Numbered from the whole stretch's first letter, positions 46,639-59,095 are shown. The stretch is DNA of 63,948 bases, filler included, from Globobulimina sp. (GCA_003354225.1; 36 parts of 36 records of this genome joined end to end with filler, not necessarily neighbours in it); one strand, 5' to 3'. The notes: generated from the letters alone by a model not told the origin. Made by a program: numbers and translations.

Positions 46639-47947
46639 ATGGCGAATGATTTCGAAGAAGATGCGCAGCCATTCATGGCCAATATAATGGCGTATGGAGA
46701 TATTGTAAATAAGAATGACAACGACCAATCCTCATCAGGAGGAGAATACGATAGTGATACATCGCTAAGTTCCAGCCATTCAGAAAAGTCCATTGAAATA
46801 AAAAAAGAAGGCTCTGATGATGGATATATGATTCAAAAGAGAAAGTCATTAATGAAAATCTTAAAAAGCGCGTCGCAATCTCGCTATAATCCATCCAATT
46901 TTGATGAAGAGATAATGAGTTCCTTAGAGGACTTAGACCATCCACCCAATGATAAAAAATCATTTGTTTGGGGCGCCATATTAATGTTCGTCGCCGCCTT
47001 TTTATTTTCGATTTCCACACAAATTATAAAATATAACCATTCATTTGGCCGCGAATCCTTTGAAATATTCGCATTTCGAATGTTTATTCAACTTTTTGTG
47101 ACCACGGTGATAGCCTCCATCTCTGTGGTGATGAACCACCATTATTGCTATGAGTCGGTGGCTATGTTCAGCAGCAATGAGGAAGGAAACTACGATGACA
47201 CTGAAACTGAATATGACACCGATGTCGATGCCGAATTGGGGCAATTTAAAAAAATCAAGAAGAAAAAAAGAAAAAAAAAATATAACAATTTGTCTAAAAT
47301 CTCCTCCATATTACGTGGTCAATATAAATATCAAAAGCCATGCTGTCAAATCCGCTGTATTTATACCACGGTCTTTGCCAAATTTTGGCGGGAATGCTCC
47401 ACGGAAACTAAGTGGTATATATTTTTACGCGGCTTTTGTGTCGGAACCGGCGCAGTTTGTTATTATTGGTCCGTGTCAATATTGCCCATCAATGACACCA
47501 TAATGATCCTGTCCTTATTCCCCATATTTAGCACCTTCTTTTCGTATATAATGTTAGGTGAAATTATCTCTTATCGGCATATATTTTATTTATGCATAGG
47601 AATGTGTGGTATATTATTAATGTGTTATCCTTCCTTTATATTTGGCCGCGACCCCACGGATCGTGACGACAATATATATAATATTGATAGTACAGAATGG
47701 ATGCTATTAATACAAGGCTATGGATTGGCACTCGTATCATCCGTTTGTTATGGTTTTGTGTTTGTATTCATTCGATTGGCGTATAAATCGCCTACTTTTG
47801 CATTGATTTTTAGCAATGGCTTGTTTGGCGCATTGGAGGCCATTATAATTTGTATATTGTTCAAAAGATTTGTACCCATTCCGATGTGGAGCGAGTGGTT
47901 AATTGCAATTGCGATCGGTTGTATTGGTTATTTGGCACAGAATGCAG
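46639..47947 (+). CDS. EamA/DMT-superfamily transporter (SLC35G-like), 3' partial
   Basis: FRMFIQ, FLRG...YYWSVSILPINDT..PIFSTFFSYIMLGE, P.FIFG and multiple TM helices. Confidence 0.85.
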
Positions 47948-48245
47948 NNNNNNNNNNNNNNNNNNNNNNNNNNNNNNNNNNNNNNNNNNNNTTAATTAAT
48001 TAANNNNNNNNNNNNNNNNNNNNNNNNNNNNNNNNNNNNNNNNNNNNTCCATTCATTTAAAACATATCAAACAAGCAATAACAAAATCAGGTTCACAAGA
48101 AACAGACACTTACGCTCTGATGAGATCCTCCACAAAATCTGAGCGCATTATCACTTTATTAGTGCACTATAATTCGCTCAGAAACACTGATATTAAACAG
48201 CTGATATTTGTTTCTATGCTCTCATCCATCTCGCAATGAGCGTAT

Positions 48246-49360
48246 GTGTCTGCAGGTTTTGTTGGAATGTCGTCCCCAAAAATAATCATCCATTTAAACG
48301 ACAGAGAAGTTGTTGAAAAACGGCAAGAACGGAAAGAAAACAGCAACTTATACCAACCGAATATTATCCGCGTACCGCCACCAAAACCGGGATATATGAA
48401 GCTATCCTTTCATACCTCGGGCCGTGACACCTTCCTTAAAAAATTGCACAAAGCCTTACAGACTGCGGCTTGGTATAACAAGCAAGTGGAAGAAAAGCGC
48501 GATTTTAGCACACAAGCGGCTGGAATCAGTTATGTATATTTTGCAATGCTAAATATGTACAGTGAGCGCAAGGATGTTAACACCAAAAAGGGGGCTTAAT
48601 GGCAGAGAATAAACGCAAGCAAGAACAGCAAAAAAAAGTGGTGAATGTCGCATTTGAGGACTTAGAGTCATTGATGGTTCACGCAAAGGAGATGGTGTCG
48701 TTAGCAAATCGATTATCTGCGTCCACCGAAGCCAAAGAACAGGCGAACGAGTTTGATACAATGTTGCTTGGAATGGGCATAATTTCGCCTGTGACGAAGA
48801 GTGTTGCCGGCGCAGAATATCATAGCTTGTTAGCACGGCAATTGGTGGATTTTTTAATGAAACCGCTGCATCGCTGCGGCGGTATGATGACGTTAACGGA
48901 TATTTATTGTTTTTATAATAAGGCGAGAGGGACACAATTAGTGTCACCCGACGACTTATTGCAAGCTTGTCGCATCATGCATGCCTTGAATATGCCAATG
49001 AAATTGGAAATATTTGCCAGTGGCGTAATGGTGGTACAGTTGAATGAGTTTAATGCAGAGAATCAGAGCAAGAAAATATTGCATTTGATTAATAATAAAT
49101 GTGAGGAAGGATGCAATGAGTTGAGGTTGGCGCAATTGTTAAATATATCGATCAATTTGGCGAGACAGCAGTTATTAAATGCGGAATTAAAAGGGGTTTT
49201 GTCGAGAGATGATAGTCCGAATGGACTCAAGTTTTATACGAATATATTTGAGAATTATGAAAGGAAAATGTATTGGGCGGCTATATCGAAATTAAATGTA
49301 AATATAAATAATTATCGAACGCAAACACAAACGAAAAAAAGAATTGTTATGGATCTATGA
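48246..49360 (+). CDS. VPS36: ESCRT-II subunit VPS36; predicted intron 48529-48590; 5' exons unresolved
   Basis: SSPKIIIHL and YMKLSFH (GLUE domain); AFEDLESLMVHAKEMVSLA; GGMMTLTDIYCFYNKARGTQLVSPDDL; RDDSPNGLKFY. Confidence 0.93.
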
Positions 49361-49825
49361 TTTTTGTTTTGTGATTGATTTCTTAAAGTTTTGGAGATTG
49401 TTGTTCTAAAATAAAATAATATCAAATGCTTGTTCTGATATTGGTCGTCAACAAACGTACACACAAAGGATCATATTTGATGACGACATACAATAATAAG
49501 TATAAAAAATGGTTTCCTTAAAGTTCTGCATGAAGAAATTTGCGATTGGGTTAAAATTAATACTGCGAAAGTGATAATAAAATTTAATTGAAAGGATTAT
49601 TAATCGCAAAAAAAGTAAAAGGGAAAAAACGCTTTAAATGTAATTTTTAACATACAACATTTCTGTCATTATCATTCTCATTCTCACCGTCATTAGCATG
49701 CGCATTATTATTATCATTCTCATCANNNNNNNNNNNNNNNNNNNNNNNNNNNNNNNNNNNNNNNNNNNNTTAATTAATTAANNNNNNNNNNNNNNNNNNN
49801 NNNNNNNNNNNNNNNNNNNNNNNNN

Positions 49826-50197
49826 AAGAAATTTGAATCGATAGTAATTCGTAAAGAAGATTCAAGCATAAATTTTAGATTATTTCTGAATTTAATGAAG
49901 AATTTAACCGCAATCACAATATTTAATAAACCATATTCCAAATATGAGGCATCGATAGTTTTGGATGATAGTTTTTTGTGTGAGATTATGTTTTGTATTG
50001 ATTTCTTATTAAAAACAGGAAATATGATATTTACGCAATTTATAATTGTAAATCCGATGAATTCCATACAAACATTTATTAATACAAATAAGCAAAGATT
50101 TGGTGTAAGAGGTTGTGCTGTCAATAAAATGGAATATAGTCATCCACGACGAAAAGGTAAATGTTCAGATACATTATCAATATATAAATTAAATTAA
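49826..50197 (+). CDS. C-terminal fragment of a hypothetical protein
   Basis: The frame is open from the contig edge to TAA. No recognisable domain. Confidence 0.45.
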   Translation, partial: KKFESIVIRKEDSSINFRLFLNLMKNLTAITIFNKPYSKYEASIVLDDSFLCEIMFCIDFLLKTGNMIFTQFIIVNPMNSIQTFINTNKQRFGVRGCAVNKMEYSHPRRKGKCSDTLSIYKLN

Positions 50198-50735
50198 ATT
50201 AAAATAACTTTCGTAATATTATTGTGTAATTAGTATTCATTTTCATTTATGGTTTTTTGTGTGTTTTCAATTCTTGTTTGTGTGCTCTGTGTAATATTTT
50301 TGATTGATTGTGTTTCTCCTTTTTCTTTTTTTGTTGTAATATAAACCTATTTTTACTGTATTTTGTTGCTTTTTTTTTGTGTGCATATTTTCTCCATTCA
50401 ATGTGTTTAATTACGTTTGTGTTTGTTTTAAATTATGTTTGTTGTATTATAATTCCTCTTTATCTTTTAGTAATTTTGTAAATTCAGATTGTACTGTTTT
50501 TGCCTCTCCGATAGGTCTTCAATGAATGCTTTCCTTTTACACATTTATTGCTTTTCTTGACACGCATTGTTTTTTTTGGGCAGAGCTGGATGCTATGATA
50601 TGTATATGATGGATGTTATAATTCCATGACACTGTATTAATCGGAGAGGATTACACCACATCAAGTGCGTATGTTCACTGTTCTGCAACGTCTTTGTTAG
50701 TTAGATTGTAATATCAGCATTGCATTTTGGATTGT

Positions 50736-51120
50736 TTATGGTGGTTCAGATATAAACAAATATATATATTCAGCACACAACTCACCAGAATTATGTTGTG
50801 CACACAAGGTATTCCTACCACACAAATAATCTTTTTTAAAGTCTGCGGGAGTCTGACACGTGAGCACAACATCAGTATCTTTTGAACCATGACAAATATA
50901 ATCGAACAGTTTCCTAGTTCCCACATACGTTGTGATTGTATCTCCAGGAGAAATGATACAATTTTGTCCGGCGGGTCCACTTATTCGGAGGCCCTGTTGA
51001 TGAATATCAGCAACTCCAGATCCTGCAGCGTGATTCCATCCTAAATGTCTTGAAGTCGAATTGTGATTTAACGAATGTCGCCATGAAACACACGGCTAAT
51101 ACTACGCGTAATAGAGGCAT
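50736..51120 (-). pseudogene. Possible secreted Cys-containing protein with a frameshift shortly after the signal peptide
   Basis: MPLLRVVLAVCFMATFVKSQ is signal-like. A long open frame (LGWNHAAGSG...CAQHNSG) continues in another frame. Confidence 0.3.
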
Positions 51121-51296
51121 ATGTGCGAATTGTGCCATGGGATTTCTTAATGTCAGATGTTTTCACTACTGATCGTTTCTAGTAATCAACACAAACCACA
51201 TGGCCCAGCTGGTTGGCAATTCGGTTTGTTACTCCATCACACTGTGTGATAAATACATGTGTACATTTAATTTGCATATAGTCATTTGTACTTTTT

Positions 51297-51503
51297 TTGA
51301 TCATTGCATCGATTGGAATCAATAAGACATCGACATGTGAACAAGGTGTTTGTCCCGATGATAATCGCCACGATGAAAATGAACCGTTCATCACAGAAGC
51401 AACTCAGTTGGTATTTGCTTCGGAAAGAAATGGAATGTTGACATACAACATAAATCAAGAAGCACTCAAAATAATATCATCGAATTTTGCTTATTCAAAT
51501 CAA
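51297..51503 (+). CDS. Possible N-terminus of a guanylate-binding protein/atlastin-like GTPase, 3' partial
   Basis: ATQLVF....YNINQEALKII resembles the GBP pre-P-loop segment. The P-loop itself is not in the contig. Confidence 0.3.
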
Positions 51504-51658
51504 NNNNNNNNNNNNNNNNNNNNNNNNNNNNNNNNNNNNNNNNNNNNTTAATTAATTAANNNNNNNNNNNNNNNNNNNNNNNNNNNNNNNNNNNNNNNNN
51601 NNNCAAACTCACACCCAAAACCTCATTTCTTCTCACCTCTCACTTCTCATTTCTTTTC

Positions 51659-53281
51659 ATGCCAACCTCTTGCTTTGAACTCATAAACGACAGAAACTTC
51701 TCTGAATTGAGCAAGCATGGTATGTAGCAATACATTTATATGATCATATTATTATGATAATGTACCAATTATTGAACAGACTGTCAAGGTTATTTAGTAA
51801 AATTACATTTAATGTATCACTGCTTAGCTACGATGGGTAATAACCAAACATTGAATGAATTAAAATCAATCTTATCGCGCTACCACCGCAATGTATAAAA
51901 ATAAGCGTTTGTTTTTTATTTATATCTTTCATATTTTATTGATGAACAAATAAGTCAAACGAATTCGCATTCCAATTGAATTTGACCATACAAGCTATGG
52001 AATGATAGACTTTCTAAACTGAATATTATTCATTTTGACATACTTTTTTTATATTTATTTTTTCAATTTGCTGATTACAACAAATATTCATAAATATAAA
52101 TTAGATTGACGTTATTCTGCCGTACATCCAGTTGGATCTCAATGCGTTATCTACACAAATACTACAAATGGTTTGTATTATATCTACTTAACACGTTTTA
52201 AATGATGAGACATGTCTTGCAATCCCGAAAAAAAGATTTATTTTTTTTGCATGAAGACCAACCGATCACACAATTCACTTTTTGCCTGATTCCAATATGT
52301 TTCAATAATGAATTTTTGATTAGTTTGCATATAAAATTTAAAAAACACTTATAAAATATTAAAAAAACAAAGGATTACAGCAAAGCTAGAAATAAATCCG
52401 AATTACAGCTCCAGAAAGACTTTGAAAATGGCAGTCCATCCAAACGTGTATTGTATGCCAAACAAAATCTGTTTTAATTCGAAATTTCTAGCATTTTTTA
52501 TTGACTATTTTGTATTTCTAAAGGATGATTTTTGAAGAACTGTATCATTTTTCTAAAGGCTCAAAAGTGAAATTATATTTTGGAACCACTAAATTTTTCC
52601 TATGTCGTTATCAATCGTATCAAAACTTTATACGCTTAATTGTGATCATATTATTTTACATTCCATCCTTACCATTGCAGCCAAACGAGATTATGGACGT
52701 TGTCTTATCGCACTGCAAAAATAGATTAGAATTCACGGCCAATATCTTCAAAAACGTGCCATTGTCCATCATAGCACCGTTAACCAATCAATTGGTCGAA
52801 TACACTGAAAAGCAAATAAATATCATGCAAAGTTAATTATATTTTTATTTTCCTATTCTATATTGTTGATATTAGCCAGTATTTGTTTTACTAATTCAAT
52901 AAACAAAATGCTATCCTTTCCGTCAACATACATAAGCCACCGACTCTAATATTTGTCGATTAAGCCTTGCTTTTTCTAAATGCACTTACTTCGATCTTCA
53001 AATAGTTGAACATTTGTGTAGTATTTGTATAATATATATTTATGAAATAATATAAATTATATAATCCACAGAAGCGCGCCTTTCCAATCACCAAAAAAGA
53101 ATAGAATCGACAGGCAAACAGATCGAAATAATGAAGCGCATATTTCGCAATTTAGCCTCCTTTTCGCCGTTAATCGCCCGACAAATTCAGAATGTCATCG
53201 CGTCCAAACAAATCTGCCCCGAGATCTACGTGGAATTATCCTTGTCGTTACAAGAGAATTCGCCCAAACTATTCATCCAAC
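51659..53281 (+). CDS. Highly intron-dense gene of unknown product (many short exons), 3' partial
   Basis: Short coding-like blocks bounded by AG/GT (MPTSCFELIND.., IDVILPYIQLDL.., PNEIMDVVLSHC.., KRIFRNLASFSPL..) between AT-rich spacers. Confidence 0.5.
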
Positions 53282-53381
53282 NNNNNNNNNNNNNNNNNNN
53301 NNNNNNNNNNNNNNNNNNNNNNNNNTTAATTAATTAANNNNNNNNNNNNNNNNNNNNNNNNNNNNNNNNNNNNNNNNNNNN

Positions 53382-54816
53382 CTCCTGTCGCTGAAAGAGC
53401 AAATAAATTACTGGTCAATGATTTTAAATTGTCACCTGACAGAATAGTTTTTGTACGACCATTTGGGGCCAAACTATTAAACCCTTCCTCAGAATGTTTG
53501 GCCACAGAACCATTCAAAACAAATACTCCATTTTTCAACTGTCCTTCCAGAGTGGATTTGCCATTTAACCACACTTTAACATAATCTTTGCCAAACTCCA
53601 CAGTATGACAACCAGTCTCAGTTAGCTTAGGTACTGAAACTAAATGACAACTAAGTGTAGGTACAATTAAACAGTTCTTAAATACTACATACTTCTCAAC
53701 AACCCTACCATTATCACATACAGTTGCACATACAGGTAAAGTACCAGAGCCTATACACTTGGCCCTCTGACCACTACCTACTGTAATATATGATTGTTTT
53801 TTAAAATATGTAATATCATGCATAATATTAATATCAAATGTCATATGGTTGGAAGCTCCAGAATCGATAATAATTTTCTCTTTGAGTTCTTTCCCATACA
53901 CATTCTGAATTGCATGAAAACTGAATCCACTGCCTGACTTTGAGTAATTTGCTGACTCTTCTGAATGTTCTTTTTCATTCTGCCAATTAGGACATTGTTG
54001 CTTTACATGACCAAACCCTTGACATTTGTAGCACTGAGTGTCTGAAGTTACCTCAAATCTGCCACCGCGGGAATTTCCGCCACGGGTTCTCCGGCCACTG
54101 TAATATCCGCCACGTGAATTTCCGCCACGCGAATGTCCGCTACGGCCTCTTCCGCCGCGTGTACCGTAATTTCCACTGGAAGACTGACCACTTGCACTGG
54201 TTGTGTCACCGTAAAATGCGTTTTCTTCGGACGACTCACTGGATTTTCGATAATTAGTGACCAATTCAATGATTTTAGTCATATCCATAGTCCCGAGTTG
54301 AATTTGAGTTGATATTGAAGTAACTAATGTAGCATATGACTGTGGCAACATAGAAACAGTCGAAATACACTGCATTATATCGTCTACTGGATGTCCAAGA
54401 GCTGACAACTGTACATAATGTGACTTGCGATCGGTTAGCCATAGTTTTGGGTCATCACGCTCTTTTAAGGGTACCAAAAGACGCTGATTGACTGACAATA
54501 AGTTGAAGGCTGACTGCGATTCAAAATGTTTGATGAGGTCCTTCCACAACTGAACCGGATCTTCGGATTCTTCCGGAATTAGATGGTTTAGTTCAGGGGA
54601 AATCGAGGAAATAACAATTCGAATGGCCTCCATTTTTCGCTTGTAGAACGCACTGGTCTGTGCATCAGTTGCTCCTGCGACAATATGTTCTGTATCATTG
54701 ACGATCTTCCACAACTCTCGCGATTTTAACGTGACAATTACGATTTTCTTCCAATTTGACCATGTTTTGTCCGTTAATAAAGGAATTTGGACTTTATTCT
54801 TGGACTCTTGAGCCAT
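53382..54816 (-). CDS. Ty1/copia gag-pol polyprotein (Gag with CCHC knuckle, aspartic protease), 3' partial
   Basis: IPLLTDKTWSNWK, LPQSY, RGG-rich tract, CYKCQGFGHVKQQC, protease IIDSGASNHM and VPTLSCHLVSV. Confidence 0.93.
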
Positions 54817-55056
54817 GACGTTGCGTTATTGTTCAATAAATAATAATTAGAGTCACCTGACGTCCACAGAATCAAAAACAGCTTGACAAAAAACCCATAA
54901 CCAATTGGACGGACGGTTTTCCCATATTATAAATAGTGATAAATGTATGGAGAAAAGTCGACTGTCCTTATAAATCAATAGAGGAAGGTGGATATGATTC
55001 CTGGACTTATTATAGCTTTCGTGTGACTTCTAAATAACAACAATAAACTTTTAACA
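53382..55056 (-). mobile_element. 5' part of a Ty1/copia LTR retrotransposon (candidate short LTR about 54906-55056, PBS 54894-54902, gag-protease)
   Basis: Gag-pol ORF preceded by GGTTATGGG and a candidate LTR starting TGTT. Confidence 0.88.
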
Positions 55057-55407
55057 ACCNNNNNNNNNNNNNNNNNNNNNNNNNNNNNNNNNNNNNNNNN
55101 NNNTTAATTAATTAANNNNNNNNNNNNNNNNNNNNNNNNNNNNNNNNNNNNNNNNNNNNAATCATCGCAACAAACCTCCACGTGGTGATCCAGTAAAATA
55201 GCCTCGAGGGGCTGATGGTGGTAGGTGACATTAAGGATGTCTATTTCTTGGGAATATACTTATGGGATAATGGGATATATTCTAAGCTGTATTTCAGAAT
55301 ACAGCCTTTAGATCCACTCTGGATGTTTGTTGCGATAAATGCAATAAAATTATACTACAAAAATATATGTACACAAAAAACAAAAAAAGGAAAAGAGAAC
55401 AGATTAT

Positions 55408-56604
55408 TTAATTTTTTGTCATTTTTTGGATGCTACGAAAACAACATCCATCACATTTACACAATGCATAATACATTTTCTTTCCAATTGGTAGCGATAA
55501 CCATAAACATATGACATTCAACGTTGAATCGACATTCCAAGTAAATGTAAAATAATACAATGCGGTATGCGCGTGCGTACCATAGAATTCCTCTGTAATC
55601 GCAATGCCAAACATTAACTGATAAAATAACGAAGAAACAAACGATATCATAAATACTACAAACAATCGTGTGGCAGTACGAATCAATTCATTCTGCGTCG
55701 CATCCCAAGCTTGTGCACCTTTACTCACATTCTCGTCACCTGCACCACCCATCATCTCGGTTTGTGCATCATCTGTAATCACATCGTCAGCGGTTATAAC
55801 TTGTGCATCAGTTTGTGCAGTACCCGCATTTGAGCCAGTAATGCCTGCAAGATTCACATTTTCCATTTGCAAGGCTTCAGCAGGAAGGGATGCAAATAAT
55901 TTGCTCATACAAGTAATATACAAATAAAATAGGAGTACAGAAACGATAATGTCTAAAATAAATATGCACCACGTGATGGTCGTGCATGTTTCATATTGAT
56001 TGTCCTCCCAAACGCGATCAAAATAATAGGTTGCATTGTAATAATATACCCATAATATCATACAAACAAACTGTGCTAATAATAAAAATAAAGTAATGTA
56101 ATATATCACTGATTTTGTTTCATATTTTAACTCTTTTGAAACGCCATAAATACGGTATAAATATACTAAATATAAATTTGCTTTGGCCACTGCCCAAAAT
56201 ACATTCCAACTCAAATACGATGCCGCCGACGGCTCCCACCAATCCCACCATCCCTCCCAATCTCCCCAGCCTGTCTCGTCCGGGATGGCCGCTTCTTTTT
56301 GTTTGAGCCAATTCGGTAAACCAATAACGTCGCATAAATTGCTGTGTAGTTTTTATGAAATTGTTTTATTTGGATCATAGAATACCACATACATCGCAAG
56401 AAACATCCACATGCAAAAAATGGTTATGACCATTGTAAGTTGTTGTGTTTTCAAAGGCGCTGCTTCCATTCCGGATGCCTTTTTCTTTGCATAATCGACA
56501 AATCCGGCATAGGTGGCATAGACACAAACAATTAATGACACCGCACCGAAAATATATGAAATTACCAATAACAACGTACCCCAATCACCCAATTCTAATA
56601 CCAT
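55408..56604 (-). CDS. Divergent 7-transmembrane (GPCR-like) protein; predicted intron 56342-56392
   Basis: About 7 TM helices, YLYRIY motif, late VDSTLNVICLWLS motif and Cys-rich tail. A phase-2 intron joins the two ORFs. Confidence 0.72.
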
Positions 56605-56937
56605 TTTGTATGGATTCGACTGTCGATTGACTAATGTACTTAATTGCCAAATGTTTATGCGTAACGTGCGTTTTTGTAGGAGTTTATGTGTGAGGATAGC
56701 TAGATTTTTACAGTGAAGATTAATGAGCAGCACCCTGTACTTTTAATTTTTCACCTGACTTAGTTAAAACATTAATTGTCCGCTTGTAATCCAGCTCAGG
56801 ATTTTCATTACCAAAAACTAAAGCTGAAGCTACAGAANNNNNNNNNNNNNNNNNNNNNNNNNNNNNNNNNNNNNNNNNNNNTTAATTAATTAANNNNNNN
56901 NNNNNNNNNNNNNNNNNNNNNNNNNNNNNNNNNNNNN

Positions 56938-56971
56938 AAATATTTTAATTTAAAGTTAATTAAATTAAAAA
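56938..56971. repeat. 34-bp AT-rich hairpin element, copy 1 (11-bp stem, 6-nt loop AGTTAA); candidate 3'-end/polyadenylation hairpin
   Basis: TTTTAATTTAA-agttaa-TTAAATTAAAA, 31 nt downstream of the stop codon of the minus-strand ORF. Confidence 0.75.
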
Positions 56972-57002
56972 AACATTTTGAATATTCGTATATATATATT
57001 AT

Positions 57003-58556
57003 TTAACATAAACAAGCACCAACACCCGCATCTAATAAATTATACATATATTCTGTATTCCAATCACAATTTACTCCTGAACATACACCAACTTCCCCAC
57101 TTCCTCCTGGGCATACTACTGAAGCTGAACCAGCAACTACAGGAACTGAAGTCCAATCACCACCGCTCATTAAATGAGTTACTTCCATAGGTAATCCTGT
57201 AACTGTGAGAATTGTTCCATCATTACTACAAATTCCGAATGATGAACTTTTCATTGATGAATAATCTAACCAAGTGTCACATACTAAGGTTTGAGTTGAA
57301 CCAGAGCAATCATTATTTGTATATAATTCTACTGAATGTGATTCCTTTAATGCTGAATAACCTAAATACATATGAGAACCGTCAATTAGTTCACAGTCAT
57401 CATCTACGTCACCATTTAATCTAATAACTTTATAAGATAAATGATTTATACTATGTGCGTATAATAATTTGTATAATAAACTACATTTTGCTACACGTGA
57501 TGATATCCATAAATATCTTCCACTAAGAGGTTCACCATGTTTTACTGTTTCAGTAATATGTGAAAATATACTACATGTATATGTTACACGATGTCCTGAA
57601 CTTGCGGAAGAAGAATCATACATATAAAGAGTAAATCCAACACAACCAGATGTTTTATCACATAATTCGCAACAATCGTCTGCTGATAGTTCGTCATTAC
57701 TATATACTGTGCCAAAACGTATATGAGTAACAGCTGAAATTACTGACATAACATCTCCTTTATTTTCGTATGAATAACTACCACGTTTATATGGCATTAA
57801 ACAATGTGAACAAGTATGTTCTAATAATGATTGTCCATTACAAGACGCTGATAATAATTTCACTGTTGATTCTGACCATAATGAGAATGCAAATCTTCTC
57901 ATATCTTGAATACCTGGACCGTAAAATGAATTTGGTTGTAATACACTATCAACATAAAATTTTACTGTATTTGCGTTAAAATCTAATACTGCTTTTACTT
58001 TTTTACCTACTTGATTCCATACTACATTTGAACCACCTATTTGGGATGTTCCCGGTGCTATATAATTTTGTAAACCACCATTTTCTGCCCAATATCCAAG
58101 ACCTTTACAACCACCAACCCATTTGTCATCTTTTGTTAACATGCAACTTTCTGGTACAAAACCCATTTGAAAATCACCAAAGTTACTTGGACTATCATGA
58201 TATCTCATTATTTCAATTTCAAATTCATAAATACCTTGTGAACATTGGTCTTTTGCTAATGCTGTATCCCAATAATCTCCATTTGGATAATTATTATAAC
58301 CTTCTCTTAAAATATCTAAATCATCTACGTTAATATCATCTGTATGTAACCAATGATCTGATGTTCCTAACATTCTTCTTCTTTCTGCTACTGTACCATC
58401 ATCATTATATGATTGTAATCTTCTTGAACCGACGGAAGTTCCATCTTCATTATATTGTTGTTCTTCATTACTTTGTAATTTACGTAAAGAACTTGGTCTT
58501 CTATTAACTGCTAATGATGTTCCTACTAATAATGATGTTAATAACGATAAAGTCAT
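57003..58556 (-). CDS. Complete intronless secreted protein: signal peptide, RRL-type propeptide repeats, SPRY/B30.2-like domain, PAN/Apple-like domain, Cys-rich C-terminus
   Basis: MTLSLLTSLLVGTSLA; RKLQS/RRLQS/RRML; GIYEFEIEI..FQMGFV..VKAVLDFNANTVKFYVD; CCELCDKTSGCVGFT..CSIFS. Confidence 0.85.
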   Translation of the reverse strand: MTLSLLTSLLVGTSLAVNRRPSSLRKLQSNEEQQYNEDGTSVGSRRLQSYNDDGTVAERRRMLGTSDHWLHTDDINVDDLDILREGYNNYPNGDYWDTALAKDQCSQGIYEFEIEIMRYHDSPSNFGDFQMGFVPESCMLTKDDKWVGGCKGLGYWAENGGLQNYIAPGTSQIGGSNVVWNQVGKKVKAVLDFNANTVKFYVDSVLQPNSFYGPGIQDMRRFAFSLWSESTVKLLSASCNGQSLLEHTCSHCLMPYKRGSYSYENKGDVMSVISAVTHIRFGTVYSNDELSADDCCELCDKTSGCVGFTLYMYDSSSASSGHRVTYTCSIFSHITETVKHGEPLSGRYLWISSRVAKCSLLYKLLYAHSINHLSYKVIRLNGDVDDDCELIDGSHMYLGYSALKESHSVELYTNNDCSGSTQTLVCDTWLDYSSMKSSSFGICSNDGTILTVTGLPMEVTHLMSGGDWTSVPVVAGSASVVCPGGSGEVGVCSGVNCDWNTEYMYNLLDAGVGACLC

Positions 58557-58580
58557 TCTGATATTTTGTATATATTTTAT

Positions 58581-58614
58581 AAATATTTTAATTTAAACGT
58601 AATTAAATTAAAAA
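58581..58614. repeat. 34-bp AT-rich hairpin element, copy 2 (same stem, loop ACGTAA), direct repeat of copy 1
   Basis: 32/34 identical to 56938-56971, with both differences in the loop. Confidence 0.75.
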
Positions 58615-59095
58615 GNNNNNNNNNNNNNNNNNNNNNNNNNNNNNNNNNNNNNNNNNNNNTTAATTAATTAANNNNNNNNNNNNNNNNNNNNNNNNNNNNN
58701 NNNNNNNNNNNNNNNTACTTTTTTGTCAGTTTGATTCTTGTGTTTTAAGCTATGGGTACAAGAAGAGTAGTTATTTTAAATACAACTCCGATAAAAATGC
58801 ATAATTCATTCTAATTATATTCTATTAATTCATATTAACTATGTATTAGTAATAAACAGCTGCTTGCAGCTAAGAACCCCTGGTGGTGTAAAAAAAGGGT
58901 GAAACAAAAATAAAAAAGTGCCAAGACGAGTAATTAAATGCTGTCTGATGTCTTGGGACTTAATTCTTTCGTTTTTATTTCAACGTGGAATATATTATTT
59001 ATGTGGTTTCTCTTTTTCTTTTGAGTTATGGGATACAATATCTCAACAAGGATTGAGTGAAGCGAATTGGTCATGTTTCATTTTTAGTCACATTA

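Noticed and set aside
56938..58615. Terminal direct repeats as an assembly overlap of a circular contig
   Set aside because: The two copies differ at two loop positions, so they are distinct genomic copies rather than a duplicated overlap.
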